A stretch of DNA of 64,000 nucleotides from Tubulanus polymorphus. Its lineage: Eukaryota > Animalia > Nemertea. The position numbers and the translations under genes are program-made. How positions within the stretch are numbered: position 1 is the stretch's first letter; each line of letters begins with the position of its first letter. The stretch covers positions 2,728,001 to 2,792,000 of the forward strand of contig NC_134025.1 in the NCBI RefSeq assembly GCF_964204645.1. The letters are read 5' to 3'. This document shows, one piece after another, positions 1 through 12,465 of the stretch. The notes below the pieces were generated by a model that saw nothing but the letters and a program-made list of their open reading frames with translations, did not search any database and was not told where the DNA came from.

Positions 1-2113
1 ACCTGATAACTGTTCTGCATAGACATTCAATTATTCATATATAAAGGTGTCGTCGTTAAATTCAATAAAAAGTATTTGATTCGTGTGAAATAAAACTCGT
101 ACGCTTAATTTTCATATCGAGTGAATGTTTGTGTGTGATTATAATGCGCGGGGAGGAGTTATGAGGTACTGTATATCTACTATCTATCTTAAGAATAGGC
201 GATACTTGTTCGAATCAATCGTACATTCTAATATACTCGAATTACTGTTGAAATATTATTGAACAGCAATGGAATAAACTCTAAACAAATTTTAGTGGTA
301 AAATGAAAGTTATTCAATACAAAATCACAAATGAAAAGACGTTTCAGACTCTCATGAAGTGTGTAGGGAGCTGAGTCTTTTGATGAATAAATTTCGGTTT
401 TTACGTTTTTGAATTTGTTGATAGCAGGTTTTAATCTGATATCTATTCACCAGTGTTGAGTACGGCTCTAGATATCTGCTGAGGTTTATACCAACAATCC
501 CGATGATGCTTCTGCCTGAATTAATATCAGGTCTTCATATCGGAAATTGATGATGCCATCATAAAAACGTGCAGTTAAAACGAATGAGTTGTTGGATTAT
601 TGTGTCCGGTCTATGCGATGTGGTGTAGGTAGTATCTGCAATGATTTCATGGAATGTTCCACTTGCTCTTTGCGTAGTCTCTGCATCGATCTCTCCTCCG
701 CATACGGCTCGGCTCGCCATAAAACCATCGACTTATTCAATCGGTGATAGCCTTTATTTTCCATCACCGGCAGCGGTTTATATATATACACACAGTGTCC
801 ATGTGTTCGATTGTGACCACTTCATCGCACATGTGTCGCCCATCAAACATCAGCCGTAGACATCTGTATCAAAAACCAGCTTGTCTCTCTATTAATAGTT
901 CAGTTAACCTCAAATCTCTCGATATGTTCTCTGTCAGATACCGACTGGGTTCGAGTTCTTCAGCTCGGTAGGAAATGAAACCCTTCCTTTTTTTTAATTG
1001 GCATTTAAATCTGATTCTATTTGCCGTGAATGTTCTATTTTCGCTGTACCACTATACACTGTATGAGAACTGCACAAACAGTTGATTTTTATGCGTTTCG
1101 TTTTAATGAAGATATTGATGACATTTCGTCATTGCTTCGCGTAGTAGTTTGTCGTATTTGTTGAAACGGAACGTTTTCAATGCGTGTTTTCGCTTCTGGG
1201 CGTATCCTCATTTCTGTATTGATTTCATTCGGGTTTTACTTATTTTCTTTGCTCGGACATCAATTCTAATAACGATAAGCTCAGTCGTTCACGACCGATA
1301 CTGGAGATGTTCCCTAGGCACTTTTACCTAGATCCGGCGGCCGGAATTCTGCCAAAAACATTATTTAAAAAATTGTTTTTCGTTTCCTCAGAAATTGTTT
1401 TCATCATAGATTTTAAAAGAAATTGATTTTTGTTTTAAATTTTTCAGACTGTTTGATCTAATTATTTGTGAAACGTTAGTTTTCTTCATTATTCCGATCA
1501 TTGGAGTTCAGTTCAGTTTTTATTTTTTTTCCACAGTCTTCTATGCAGTTTTCTGTGATTTTATCTGGAAAATCCTTGAACAGCCAAAATAAGTTTTTTC
1601 CTGTTCTCTTCCATTTTAAAACGCCTGTTAAAGAAAAAAATGTATTGCTTATTTTTCTTCCTTCTCCTTCAATGTATTTCTTATAAAAATCCTTGCTCCG
1701 AGTTATTTTAAAAAAAAGTCCCTATGATAGTCACAAGCACATTTTGCTTAGTGATTTTTATGCGTTGGTTCGTCACGTATCTTGTCAATGATAAATGAAT
1801 ATCGTAGTAGTTATATGTGTCTCGGTATCTGCCTCTAAACCTCTCATAATCCTCATCTCGCCGTCAGTTGCGCGATGTTTCACCACCAACTTGTTCCTGT
1901 ATTGACTGAATGCCTGACGACCCTGTAGGCGGTTATTACAGGAATAATCACTTCCCAACTCTTAACTCTCTTACTTACAAAAAGTGAAGCGGCTTACATA
2001 CAGGGATTTTTCCGACTAACAATATGTGATAAACACGCGAGGGGTAGACTAGAGTTGAGTCGGGTACTCTGCCTTGAACTTGCTTCCCCTCTCTCCCTTC
2101 CTCTCCCTCATTC

Positions 2114-2137
2114 CTCTCTCTCTCTCTCTCTCTCTCT
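2114..2137. repeat. (CT)n microsatellite
   Basis: Direct reading. Confidence 0.8.
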
Positions 2138-2319
2138 TGACGTTTTAGTTGTGATTGGATTTTCTGAAGCTATGGTAATATTGATTTCGTGTAGGCTCGA
2201 GATTGATGAATGTTGGAAGCTCGGATAGCGCTTGCTGCTTGTTACCGATCATTCTCAATTGCTATATTTTTCATCAGTTTTAGCCGATATTTCGCGTTTT
2301 ACCTCAACCACTACTGCTG

Positions 2320-2353
<34 letters not shown>
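2320..2353. repeat. (AT)n microsatellite
   Basis: Direct reading, one interruption. Confidence 0.8.
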
Positions 2354-2922
2354 ACATATCATTCTCTAAAGTAGAATCTCTTATAAAATGACGGATAAAT
2401 AAGATAAGATTATATATGCGTAGAGTATTTCGCGTATATGTATATATGATAAGTTGATGGCCTTTCAACTTTCTCGTGAGATCACTTGACTACGATATGA
2501 GTGGAAACGCGCTGCCAGGCCAAAGACTGAATTATTTAAGCGATGATGATTATTCGTATAAAACGTCGCCATTATTTCAGACATCAAATCATCGGATTTC
2601 ATTATCTATAAACGAGTGTTTTACGCGGCAATCGAATCTGTCACCTAACACGGCCATGTGACAGATACCAATATTTTTTAACAGGGGTAAGTCAATATCT
2701 GGTTTATTTTCGGATATGTCATCACTTGGAATTAAGCGAAGGCTCACGAATGCTGCATCTGCAATAATTTTTACGTTCATCAGTAATATTATTGCATGTA
2801 TGATGAAAATGTACTGCATTGATGTCTACATTTAAGAATTGCCAGTCAATTCAATGTTATCGAATAGCAGATTGTATTATGCTGTAAATCTTGCTAGGCT
2901 GGTGAACACGACATAATGCCGT

Positions 2923-2924
<2 letters not shown>

Positions 2925-2963
<39 letters not shown>
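2925..2963. repeat. (GCT)13 trinucleotide microsatellite
   Basis: Direct reading. Confidence 0.9.
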
Positions 2964-2966
<3 letters not shown>

Positions 2967-3284
2967 ACTGGTGCTATGTGTCGCGGGAGTGATTTTAAAT
3001 CACCGAGACTTCACTCTAAAGCTTATGGTTCTCGAGTCATGTAAATAATGATTGAATACTCTCCGCTTGCTTTACCGTAGTATTTCACTTATCAAAAATA
3101 TATGCGAAACGGAAATCAACCTTGAGCGCATAGAGCGCGTATACGGAGTCTCGCGCTTCTGTAGAACAGATGATCGGGTGAAGTGAGAGAGAGAGTTAAC
3201 CTGTTGTTGAAATATCACTGACGCGGAGGATAGACCTGGGAATGATTTTTAGCCGAAACTATGTCGATAATGAAGTTAGATAAT

Positions 3285-3769
3285 CGCGGTGGCCACTTAC
3301 CGGAAATCAGGCCAAAGTCAGGGAGTTTTCTTTTCTTTAAAAAGTCAGGGAATTATGTAAAAAAAAGAGCTAAAAATCAGGGAAATGAAGTCAAAGAGTT
3401 TCCATCTAAAGCCACGATCACATGAGCATTTTTTGCCAGATTTGGCGAAAACATCAGACCAGGCCTGAGCCATATTTTAGCACGGGACAAATATGATTGC
3501 GTATGAATTGCAACGTTCCGGAAATGACTCACTTCACTTTGTTTGAGCATTATTTTGTATCGAGCGAGTGGTTTACGTATGAGCGCTCTAATCAGGCCTA
3601 ATCCGTGCCAATTTCGGCCCGGGCCAAATCGTCTCCGTGCGATCGCGGCTTTTACGTATTTGACTAGAATTGATTGGATTCTTAGCAGATCAAGTCAGGG
3701 AAGGGAAAATGACGTTGATGTCAGGGAATAGTCGGGGAGATAGCGAGTCAAATAAAAGTGGCCGCCCTG
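3285..3769. mobile_element. Non-autonomous DNA transposon (CAGGGTGGCCAC-type TIRs) carrying a nested MITE
   Basis: Degenerate TIRs CGCGGTGGCCACT and AGTGGCCGCCCTG, internal GTCAGGGAA repeats, and ATAAT on both flanks (3280-3284, 3770-3774). Confidence 0.6.
3410..3650. mobile_element. Harbinger-like MITE nested in the 3285-3769 element
   Basis: Ends AGCCACGATCACATG and GTGCGATCGCGGCT are imperfect inverted repeats, preceded by TAA. The right end GGGCCAAATCGTCTCCGTGCGATCGCGG matches the copy at 37.8 kb. Confidence 0.55.
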
Positions 3770-3974
3770 ATAATGCATCGATCTAATAAACAGATATATT
3801 TAAACCGATTTAATCTTCAAGTCAATTTATACGCAAAGAGAAATCAATGGAATGTACCAACAGGGGAACTGTTTTCTGCTGGAGTTTATGAATATAGATT
3901 ATAGATTTCCGATTGATTTGACCTGGTAAACTGAAATATCACGGCAGGTTATACAGTATCGACATTTTCCGAAT

Positions 3975-4101
3975 GGGGCCATTAATGAAGTATGCGAGCA
4001 TCCATGGGGAGAGGGGTGGTTGCAAAATTACCGTTTCTCGACACCTATCTACCATTATGCTTCAATCATAAGAATTCGGCATTATATTCATGAATGGCCC
4101 C
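3975..4101. mobile_element. Small MITE (GGGGCCATT...AATGGCCCC TIRs)
   Basis: Terminal inverted repeats GGGGCCATTAATGAA and TTCATGAATGGCCCC. Related copy at 14983-15133. Confidence 0.55.
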
Positions 4102-5863
4102 TCATTGTGGTTAAGTTGTTTTTAAGGTGATTTATGAGTTACCATTACTGAAATATATGTGACCAAGAATTCATACTTTATGTTCTACGCCAACGACGAA
4201 CATTTTGTTATTTATCAATAAGAAATTGCAACTAACGGTTTATTATGTCGTCAAATATTGTGTAAAACTAGTTTTGATTTTATGAAAAGATTCACTCTTT
4301 GACCTTTTCCAATCAGGCTATAGATAAATCCTCGAATCATTGACTACTCGTGTCGTTTCTATTGGAATATTTTCTAACCACATTTTGCTAGCGCGTCATC
4401 CACTCATTCGCCATCTACTGGAATATGACGATATCATACTGTTTATTCGTGCGTCATTTGTACCTACATCTTTTGATAAAAATGAAGTGTCAACAATTTC
4501 TAAGAAATACCGGGGTATTTTCCATAGAATCTGTTCCCAAGCCACAGTACGAGGTCTTTTTGCATTTAAGAGTATTTATTTTCTAAATGTATTACTGGTA
4601 TATCTATTGGTTTTGTAAGAGGATTTACTTAAGTCTCTATGTTATAAACTGTTTCTGTAGTGAAAATCAGCTCATAACATTGAGGTCATACATTTCCTTG
4701 ATTCGTTGAAATTGAAATAAGATTATCCACAATAACTGGTGTTTTTGTGTAATGTGTTTGTTGGAGAGGATTTATTGTCCACTGTTAACTATCGAAGGTG
4801 GCTTGAAAACATGTAGGTCATAATTAGATAGCGTCACAGTCTCGTTATGTACTAGAATAGACGGACTACACATGCGCAAGTTGTTGCTTGAAATTAATGA
4901 GCGTCAGTCTATGTGGTGGTTGGTGACTATATGCGTGCTTGTGTTTTATACTCGTTATAGACACAATATTGTCTGCGTACTGTAGACAGGGACATCCCGA
5001 AACATCTGCCATTTTGCTGAAGTGTATTGTACTGAAGCTATCTACTGTTTCTCTCAAGTGTATTGATTGTACTGAAATTGGACTTTTCTACGTATATTTT
5101 ACAACATGGATATCAGGTATAAATGCGAATGATCGATGATGAACACTCAAATACTGCTCAACTATTTTTGATGGATGTTATATTTCGATCGAATAATTAT
5201 ATTGTGCAGTCATGTTTTCCAATCTTATTATATTAGGCTGAAAATGTATATCCTGCTGGTTGCTGTTATCAGTATAGTATTAATGAGGCAATTATGTTTT
5301 TGTTGGCGATGTTTTTGCGATGTATTTCAGTCTAGAGGGATTGCAGGTTTTTCTTGTCTTAGGCTTCGCAAACATGACAAGTAGTACTTAACGCTGAGTA
5401 GCTTTGAGACCGATGTTGTTCACTTCATACAAGCTTTTGTAGATATTTTATTCGGTAATAAAAGCGAAAAACAAGTGGATGTGTACCTTATGAAGTGGTC
5501 ATAAATCTTCTTTCGTAAAATATAGAAAATATCTGCGAATTTTTAAATTAATCGGTTTTTGATGATGATAGCTAAGGCATTGTTAAGGATTAAAATAGGA
5601 AAGGGCGCGCGATATTTCAGAAGTTATGGACGTGATCAATTTAACTAATGATTGTTGATATCTCTGAAAATAGGATTTGACTGAATATGATCATTCCCCG
5701 AGTGATTGTCTCGTGGTATTGTAACCAATACGTCGTTATACTTCTCATTTCAGAACTATATACAAATTTTGGTATGAGCTTCTAAGCCCGAACTGTGTAA
5801 ACGATCAGCTCATAGATATCCGCCGTGGTGGAGTCCATCGTTCCCTGTCAACACGATCTGAAA

Positions 5864-8800
5864 ATGCTTCAAATATTTCCTGAAGTCGATGGCATTATCA
5901 AAACCGAGGATTTACACTTCGATACGTGTTGCGATTCGTCGCCCGATGAATTTTACGGTTACAGCAATATCGATAATGACAACGATATAATGGATTCTAA
6001 AGACAATATCGACGGTTATGAAATAACCGATTTGAACTTTGATTCGGACAATTCGAGCAGCGGACAAACCATAGACGGCTCGTTGATGATGACTTTGAAA
6101 CGTAGACGCAGTTCTGATAGTATACTTTCACCGACGAATTCGACGACTCTGAACAATTCGAGCACTTCGCAATCGCCCCCTTCTTATAGACTCGAACAGG
6201 ATAACAGCAGCGATACAGCGGTGCCGAAACGTTTATGTTTGGTTTGCGGTGATATAGCTTCCGGTTATCATTACGGCGTCGCTTCCTGTGAAGCTTGTAA
6301 AGCTTTTTTCAAACGTACTGTACAGGGTAAGTTCAGTTTTGAAGTCGGTCGCTCTCGAATATCGGTCGCGATCGCGCTGGTTTGAACGGGGCCAGATCCA
6401 TTCGAGCCGACCGTTCGCGTTGGTGCCAAATTTGGCCCGACTAAAATTGTCGGACCAAATATCAACACTGGTCAAATTATTCCGTGCAAATTTTAGATGG
6501 TTTACCTCGCTTGCCACAGAATCATTTTGATTCCATGAAATTCACTTAAGTTTCTAATTAGGCACGGGCCAGATAACAGTTCGATCCTGGATAAAACTCT
6601 GATAGGTCAAGGTAAAATATATACATAATGTGATTATTTTCTAGGTAATATAGAATATACTTGTCCGGCTAGTAGTTCATGTGAAATCAATAAACAGAGG
6701 CGAAAAGCATGTCAATCGTGCAGGTATCAGAAATGTTTACGAGTTGGAATGCTGAAAGAAGGTTTGTGTTTCATCAAATTTTTCATTATCAGTCCATTAA
6801 GAGCTGCCAACTGTTACTCATTCTCAGTAATTTGTTACTATATCTTTCATTGAAAAATACTAATTTGACATGTTCGATACGTACATAAATCATGACAGAT
6901 GTTACAGAGCGTTGTTACACCATTGATCAACTTGTTACTGAAAGCACCTTTCTTAGGTTGCTAGCCTTAGTCTCTATAAGGGTCATCCTAAAATGTCTGG
7001 ACTGTGCCTTAGTACGAAGTAATAGTTTTTTGTCGTCTTATTGCACACTAACATTTCGTTTTTGTCGTTTATTGATAAACCAGAATATATATATTGCGTA
7101 TTGCAGGTGTAAGACTTGACCGCGTTCGAGGTGGACGACAAAAATACCATAGAATTGATAATGGATCTACATTTCCAACAATCCCTGTATTCCCACCCAA
7201 AAAGAAGGCAGCTGAAGGTATCTATTTATACTAACGTTTTGACATTTATTTCGTTATCATTCGTGGCGACAATTTCACCGAATGTTTTTATCGGGGTTTT
7301 TATTTTTTCAGAAAATAAATTATTGCAGACTTTACTGAAAAATGAAAGTGATAATGCCTCGTTGAGCGTTGCAGCTTCTGCAAACCCTGATCTCCCCGTG
7401 GACAAGCTCAAACTTTACTCAACCATCTCATCATTAGCTGATCATGAGTTAGTAAATATGATTAGCTGGGCAAAATCCCTACCAGGTACCTCTCAAGCTT
7501 TACAGTTCTATTGTGGCTATTAGCAAAAATACATGTATTTTTGCTATTAGTTATTATGAAGCTATTATATTATATAATTATATATATATAATTATATTAT
7601 TAATAATATATAATTATATTATATTTAAGCATATATTATGTAGCTATTATCACTGTATGTTTGTTCTATTAAATTTTCACTGGTGGTAATATCAATTAAC
7701 GCATTACGCCGACCACACAGTGAGCACCACACCATCACGATTGGTAGAACACTATATCCGTGTTGACGCGATGAGGAGAGAATCCCACAATGATAATAAA
7801 AAGTCCGAAAATGAAACTTCGAGATAGTAGTTTATTTCAACGTTTCGACTATATCCTAATAGTCATCTTCAGGAATAATGTTAAAACATTCGGACTTTTT
7901 ATTATCATTGTGGGATTCTCTCCTCGAGCACCACACCAATACACCAGTGACGAATTCATCTAGAATTTGAGGCAAATTTTCAAGCGTATTTGTCGCTTGC
8001 GTTTTTTTATATCTAACACATTTTGTAATTGAGTATCAATTGTAGTATTAGGATTACCTGATTTAGTATCAATGCACATGCACATCCCAAAGCTCTTTAT
8101 GAAATATATATTTTTTTTTAAGTGACTGAACATAAAACTTCAAATAAAAATGTTTTCGATTGATGTTTTGGATATAATGGGCCTATAGCAGTGCATTTAG
8201 CTACATAGTTGTGGCTACTGTGCGGGGACATTGATGCCGAAAACAGTTTCCAGTTGCGTACTTGTCACTAGTGCGTGGCTGGCTATACATGTTGTTACTG
8301 GTGTTATACATTTGGTGTTTTTTTTGCAGGATTCCTATCTCTGTCATTGGCCGATCAAATGAGTTTACTACAAGAGAGTTGGCCGGACCTTTTAGGGTTG
8401 AACATCATCTATCGATCGATTCCGTACCGAGGTAAAATACATTTCGCTGGTGACTTCAGTTTGACGTTAGAGGAAGCGGAAATGCACAAAGCGCCGATGG
8501 AATTAGATATGCTGACGAGAAATATGTGTAAAAAGCTGACTGATATGAGATACCTGAAAGAGGAACACGTTTTATTGAAAGCGTTAGTGTTTTTAAATCC
8601 CGGTAAGTTGATTATCGTTGAAATAACTCGCAGATTACGTATTTAACGAAATCACGTGTTCATTTCTCGTGTATTTTCAGATGTCGCCAATTTGGAAAAT
8701 CGCAACCAAGTCCAAAGACTTCAGGACCAAGTGCAAGACTCTCTGATCGATTTTGTCCAAACGAATTACGCCGACATCAAACGTGTCGGTCATCTATTAC

Positions 8801-8940
8801 TATTCCTGCCGATGCTCAGACAACAGAAACTGTATACAAGGAGTTTCTGGTTCGGTATGAAATCCGACGGACGCGTGCCGATGCAAAAACTCGTCTCAGA
8901 AATGTTAGATTCAGTTTTGAACTCTACACCGGTTATATAA
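5864..8940 (+). CDS. ERR: Estrogen-related receptor (NR3B orphan nuclear receptor); coding exons 5864-6326, 6645-6761, 7107-7217, 7312-7485, 8330-8602, 8681-8940 (~465 aa)
   Basis: C4 zinc fingers [70 protein letters not shown] with the ERR-type P-box EACKA. C-terminal extension [16 protein letters not shown] motifs [10 protein letters not shown] and DQMSLLQ, and AF-2 [11 protein letters not shown]. All introns are GT-AG and phase-compatible (total 1398 nt). An in-frame TAA at 5783 supports ATG 5864 as the start. Confidence 0.95.
7735..7925 (-). mobile_element. Short Penelope-like-element terminus with inverted arm and hammerhead ribozyme, in ERR intron
   Basis: 13-bp direct repeat GAGCACCACACCA at 7722-7734 and 7926-7938. 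Perfect 37-bp inverted arms at 7773-7809 and 7889-7925. 38-nt tail at 7735-7772. Hammerhead core between the arms. Confidence 0.8.
7832..7878 (-). ncRNA. Minimal type-I hammerhead ribozyme
   Basis: Minus strand reads ttattc-CTGAAGA-t-GACTAT-taggat-ATAGTC-GAAAC-GTT-gaaataa: conserved core boxes, 6-bp stem II, GUU cleavage triplet and palindromic AACGTT stem III. Stem I is weak (bulged). Confidence 0.75.
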
Positions 8941-10907
8941 TACAGTCGATCACACGTATTGATGGTGCCTTCACACGTAAATCAGTACATCTATAGTACA
9001 TGTGTATCTATGTGTGTGTCCGGTTTCGTACGGAATTCATGTGATCCAGTGATGCGCACACTCTGTGTTTCATTCAGTATAGTTACTGTTGTAAGACAAT
9101 AGATGGGCGGATCTTGGAAGTTGGAGAAATTTTGAAGGTGGGGTTTAGAAGAAAATGAAGGGAATTCCTTGGATGAAGCCGACAGTCACAAGCATGGTTC
9201 CACCATTGCGGTTCGATAAGAAATCGGAAAAGAAACAATTTTAACGATCTTTGTCTCGATGAACAGGACGACCTCGACTGGCAGGCAAGAGTTCAGACCC
9301 CAAAACCACTCCCTAGATCTGTCCTTGATGAATACTATTTTTAAGCTGATTAGTTTATGAACAAGGATTTTTTAGTTAAAGATTTATTAATGCCGTCGTA
9401 GTTTTACTAGAAATCTTAACATCTGGTGCTTCATATTCTTTTTAACTTTATTCGTTGAGTGATTTATTCTAGGTTTATCTTCGTTTGATATTGTATATTG
9501 TATTCAGATAGAAGGATGATGCTATGATAGAAGACAAATGCTTGAATTAAACAGTCATCCAGCGTGTGAAATGTCTCGACTCATAAACCGGTTGAAAAGA
9601 GTGTTTATTTTTGTTCACTAGACAGAACACTCGTCTGTTTGTTAGTTATAGTCTAGAGATGAACCCTTTCATATAGTTCAAAGACCAGGTATTTGACTAA
9701 CGCCAAACCTGACGGAACGAAAATGATTTGAAAGCTGTAGGAGCTTGAATAAATTCTAACCTTAAGTCTCACGGTTTATCGACATTATTCTGATAAATGA
9801 TATGAACTATTTTTTGTCGATTGAATGGAATTCCTCGAGGGAATTTCATTCGACTGATGATAACATCGGGCAAATCGCTACATGACAAATTCTGTTGCTA
9901 AGCAACTTCATATTAGCGCTGGCAGCTGCTCTCGCGTCGGTTTACATTCATTTTTCCGAACAGTAACACCGGTAGTTGATTGTTCGGTGACCGTTGTTGC
10001 TATGGTAATATTGCGGACAATAGAGTGAAAGTTCCGTACTTCTTTTGTAGTTCGGTAATCAGAAGGGATGGTGACGTGGAATCCTCTGGCAGATTCATTC
10101 TAAAAAACAGTCGTTATTATCTATAAGCTGAATGATAACTGAAGTATTTTATCTAGATTTTAACGAAGAACTGGAAATGTTTGTGTTCTTCACTGCTATT
10201 TTTAAGTACGCACGTGATTTATGATCGGTTATGGAAATATACTGAGTATATTTCGGTTTAGATTTTTAGGGTTTGTTTAATTGCGATGAAAGATGATTTA
10301 GCTGCCCGTTTAGGTTTGTTTTGTATATAGACTGTTGTTTAAGGTTATGATGTTTCTGAATGTCTGAATTCTAATGAATCTAATCTGTGTACGAACCTGC
10401 CATTGATGTCATTTGTACATCCCCTTTCATGTGATAAGATATGATGTTTCAGTCTATTGTGCCATTAAAAACCTGTAGATTTGTTGTAATTTTCACGATG
10501 CTTGTTTTAAAGATCATCAAAAGTAATTTTCTCATAGGTCCTCGTATTAGGGTATAATGTTATGATACTATACCATAAGATTTATCATTCCAGACAGTGT
10601 TATATTCATAAGGATTTGAAAGAAGTTGTTCGAAGATCGTGAGATTGTGATATGAAGTCGATTAGATTTTTAATAGTGTATTTTAAACAGCAACAAACTA
10701 TTGCATGAATAATTTTAATCCTATATCATCATATCATAGCAGTAAGTTTTCACGATTGAATGTGACAAGAGAGTACATGGATACTGTATGGCATTACACA
10801 AATAACATTGGAGCCCCGCAGTATTTTACTGGAATTTGTGTTGCACGAATCTCAAATCTGTAATAGGTATTCCAATCCATTACGAAATTTAATGTGTAAA
10901 CGCACAC

Positions 10908-10975
10908 GGTGGAGGTGTTTGACTCGCAATCAAGGGGTGGTGGTTTGAATCCCGGTGAAACCATGCTATTCGTCA
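10908..10975 (+). mobile_element. Degenerate tRNA-derived SINE head downstream of ERR
   Basis: GGTGGAGGTGTTTGACTCGCAATCAAGGGGTGGTGGTTTGAATCCCGG has an anticodon-like arm TTGA..TCAA and a B-box-like GGTTTGAATCCC. No acceptor stem. Confidence 0.45.
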
Positions 10976-12247
10976 GGATATGTATACTCTGACTGAGGTG
11001 GTTTCCACATTACCGGAAAGAAAGAAATATCAAATATGTAGGAGTAAATATAGCATTCAGTAACCAGTACATAAGATTCTTGGACAAATTCCAATCCGTC
11101 TGTTCTTTCATGTACAAAATCAGCTATTTATTTTCATATTATAACACATTTTCTTTTGGATAGTGTAAGGATAGATTATGTTGTTGGTGATGTGTGATGT
11201 AATTGTTTTTTGGTCTTGTGTTAAATTTGTATGAACGCTGTCTGAATATGAATGTTAAAAGTCTGACATTTACAACACAACCACTAATCATTGCCAAGGC
11301 CATTCCATAGAAATCAGATAACGGTGGCTTATTGAAGGCAGGCATAGGGGAGTTTTGACATTATGAAATGCCAACTACTTTGTTGAGTCTGAGAAAAGTA
11401 CTGATAGTGCATTGTATTTTATAAATCTTAAATTGAAAACAAATTTTTTACAACCGAAGTTTTACTGTTGTTACATATGACTATGTATAAGATAGATAGA
11501 TGTATATGAGAAAATCAGGTGTAGTTTAATGACCTACTGGTATTGAGTGTATGAATCGAACCCTCATCTCCGGGTTTCACTGATAATTATTAAATTATCC
11601 AGACTTCAAAGTATTAGAAATAAGAGATTCATTCTACTAGTTCGCACACTGTGTTTTAAATATCTAAGAACGAATTAAATTGATAGTTTGATAGATTTGA
11701 GTTGTGCTTTGTTTAGGAGAAAAGATTGTGTTTCGTAGTGATTAGATGAATTCTATATATTGTTCTAGATCTTACGATGTGTGCCAAAAATAGGATCTCG
11801 CTGTATGGTATCTATCATCCACTGGCTCAACTTCATCATCAAAGCCAGTACTAATTTTTATGAGATGTATATTTTTTCGCAATTACTCAATGACGTATAC
11901 ATTGTTACTGCCATGACTGAATAGCTATTTGAGCTGAAATAATCTCTCTCTCTCTCTCTCTATCAATGATGACTGACCATTGTAAAAAAGCGAGTGTAGT
12001 TGATAGATTGATAAAATTGATAGATCATAAAGATTGTAATAACATATACTAATAATATAAATTATTGTTTCCATAAAACTACTAAATGCAGTCAGTGCAT
12101 GCAGAGTTAAATCTTGTTGTTAACAAATTATTGTTATTGATTAAATCAGCATGGCTGAAATGTTTATATGTATAGATGAATTGTTTTGTTGTTCTGATTT
12201 CTGGAGTTTCTTTTTCTCTGGTGGGCGAGGATTGCAGCAGAAAAGGA

Positions 12248-12465
12248 ACAAATTTTCAGGCCCCAATATCCGAGTTATTAGGATAAGTCTGTTACAGGTA
12301 TCAATCAATCTGCTGTCTGTTACCATCCCTTTATCATCTGTAGTGAGTAGCCTTGACAAATTTTCAGGCCCCAATATCCGAGTTATTAGGATAAGTCTGT
12401 TACAGGTATCAATCAATCTGCTGTCTGTTACCATCCCTATATCATCTGTAGTGAGAAGCCTTGAC
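12248..12465. repeat. 108-bp direct tandem duplication
   Basis: Unit ACAAATTTTCAGGCCCC...AGCCTTG starts at 12248 and again at 12356, with 2 mismatches. Confidence 0.9.

Noticed and set aside
6345-6600. GC-rich, hairpin-rich segment in the first coding-region intron of ERR as a possible structured RNA
   Set aside because: It shares GGGCCA/GCGATCGCG motifs with the Harbinger-like MITE family and is most likely a degraded MITE. Boundaries could not be defined.
10908-10975. Possible tRNA gene
   Set aside because: No acceptor stem, a mutated B box and a missing D arm; better explained as a SINE relic.
12248-12465. Repeat array as a CRISPR-like structure
   Set aside because: Only two adjacent units with no spacers, in a eukaryotic context.
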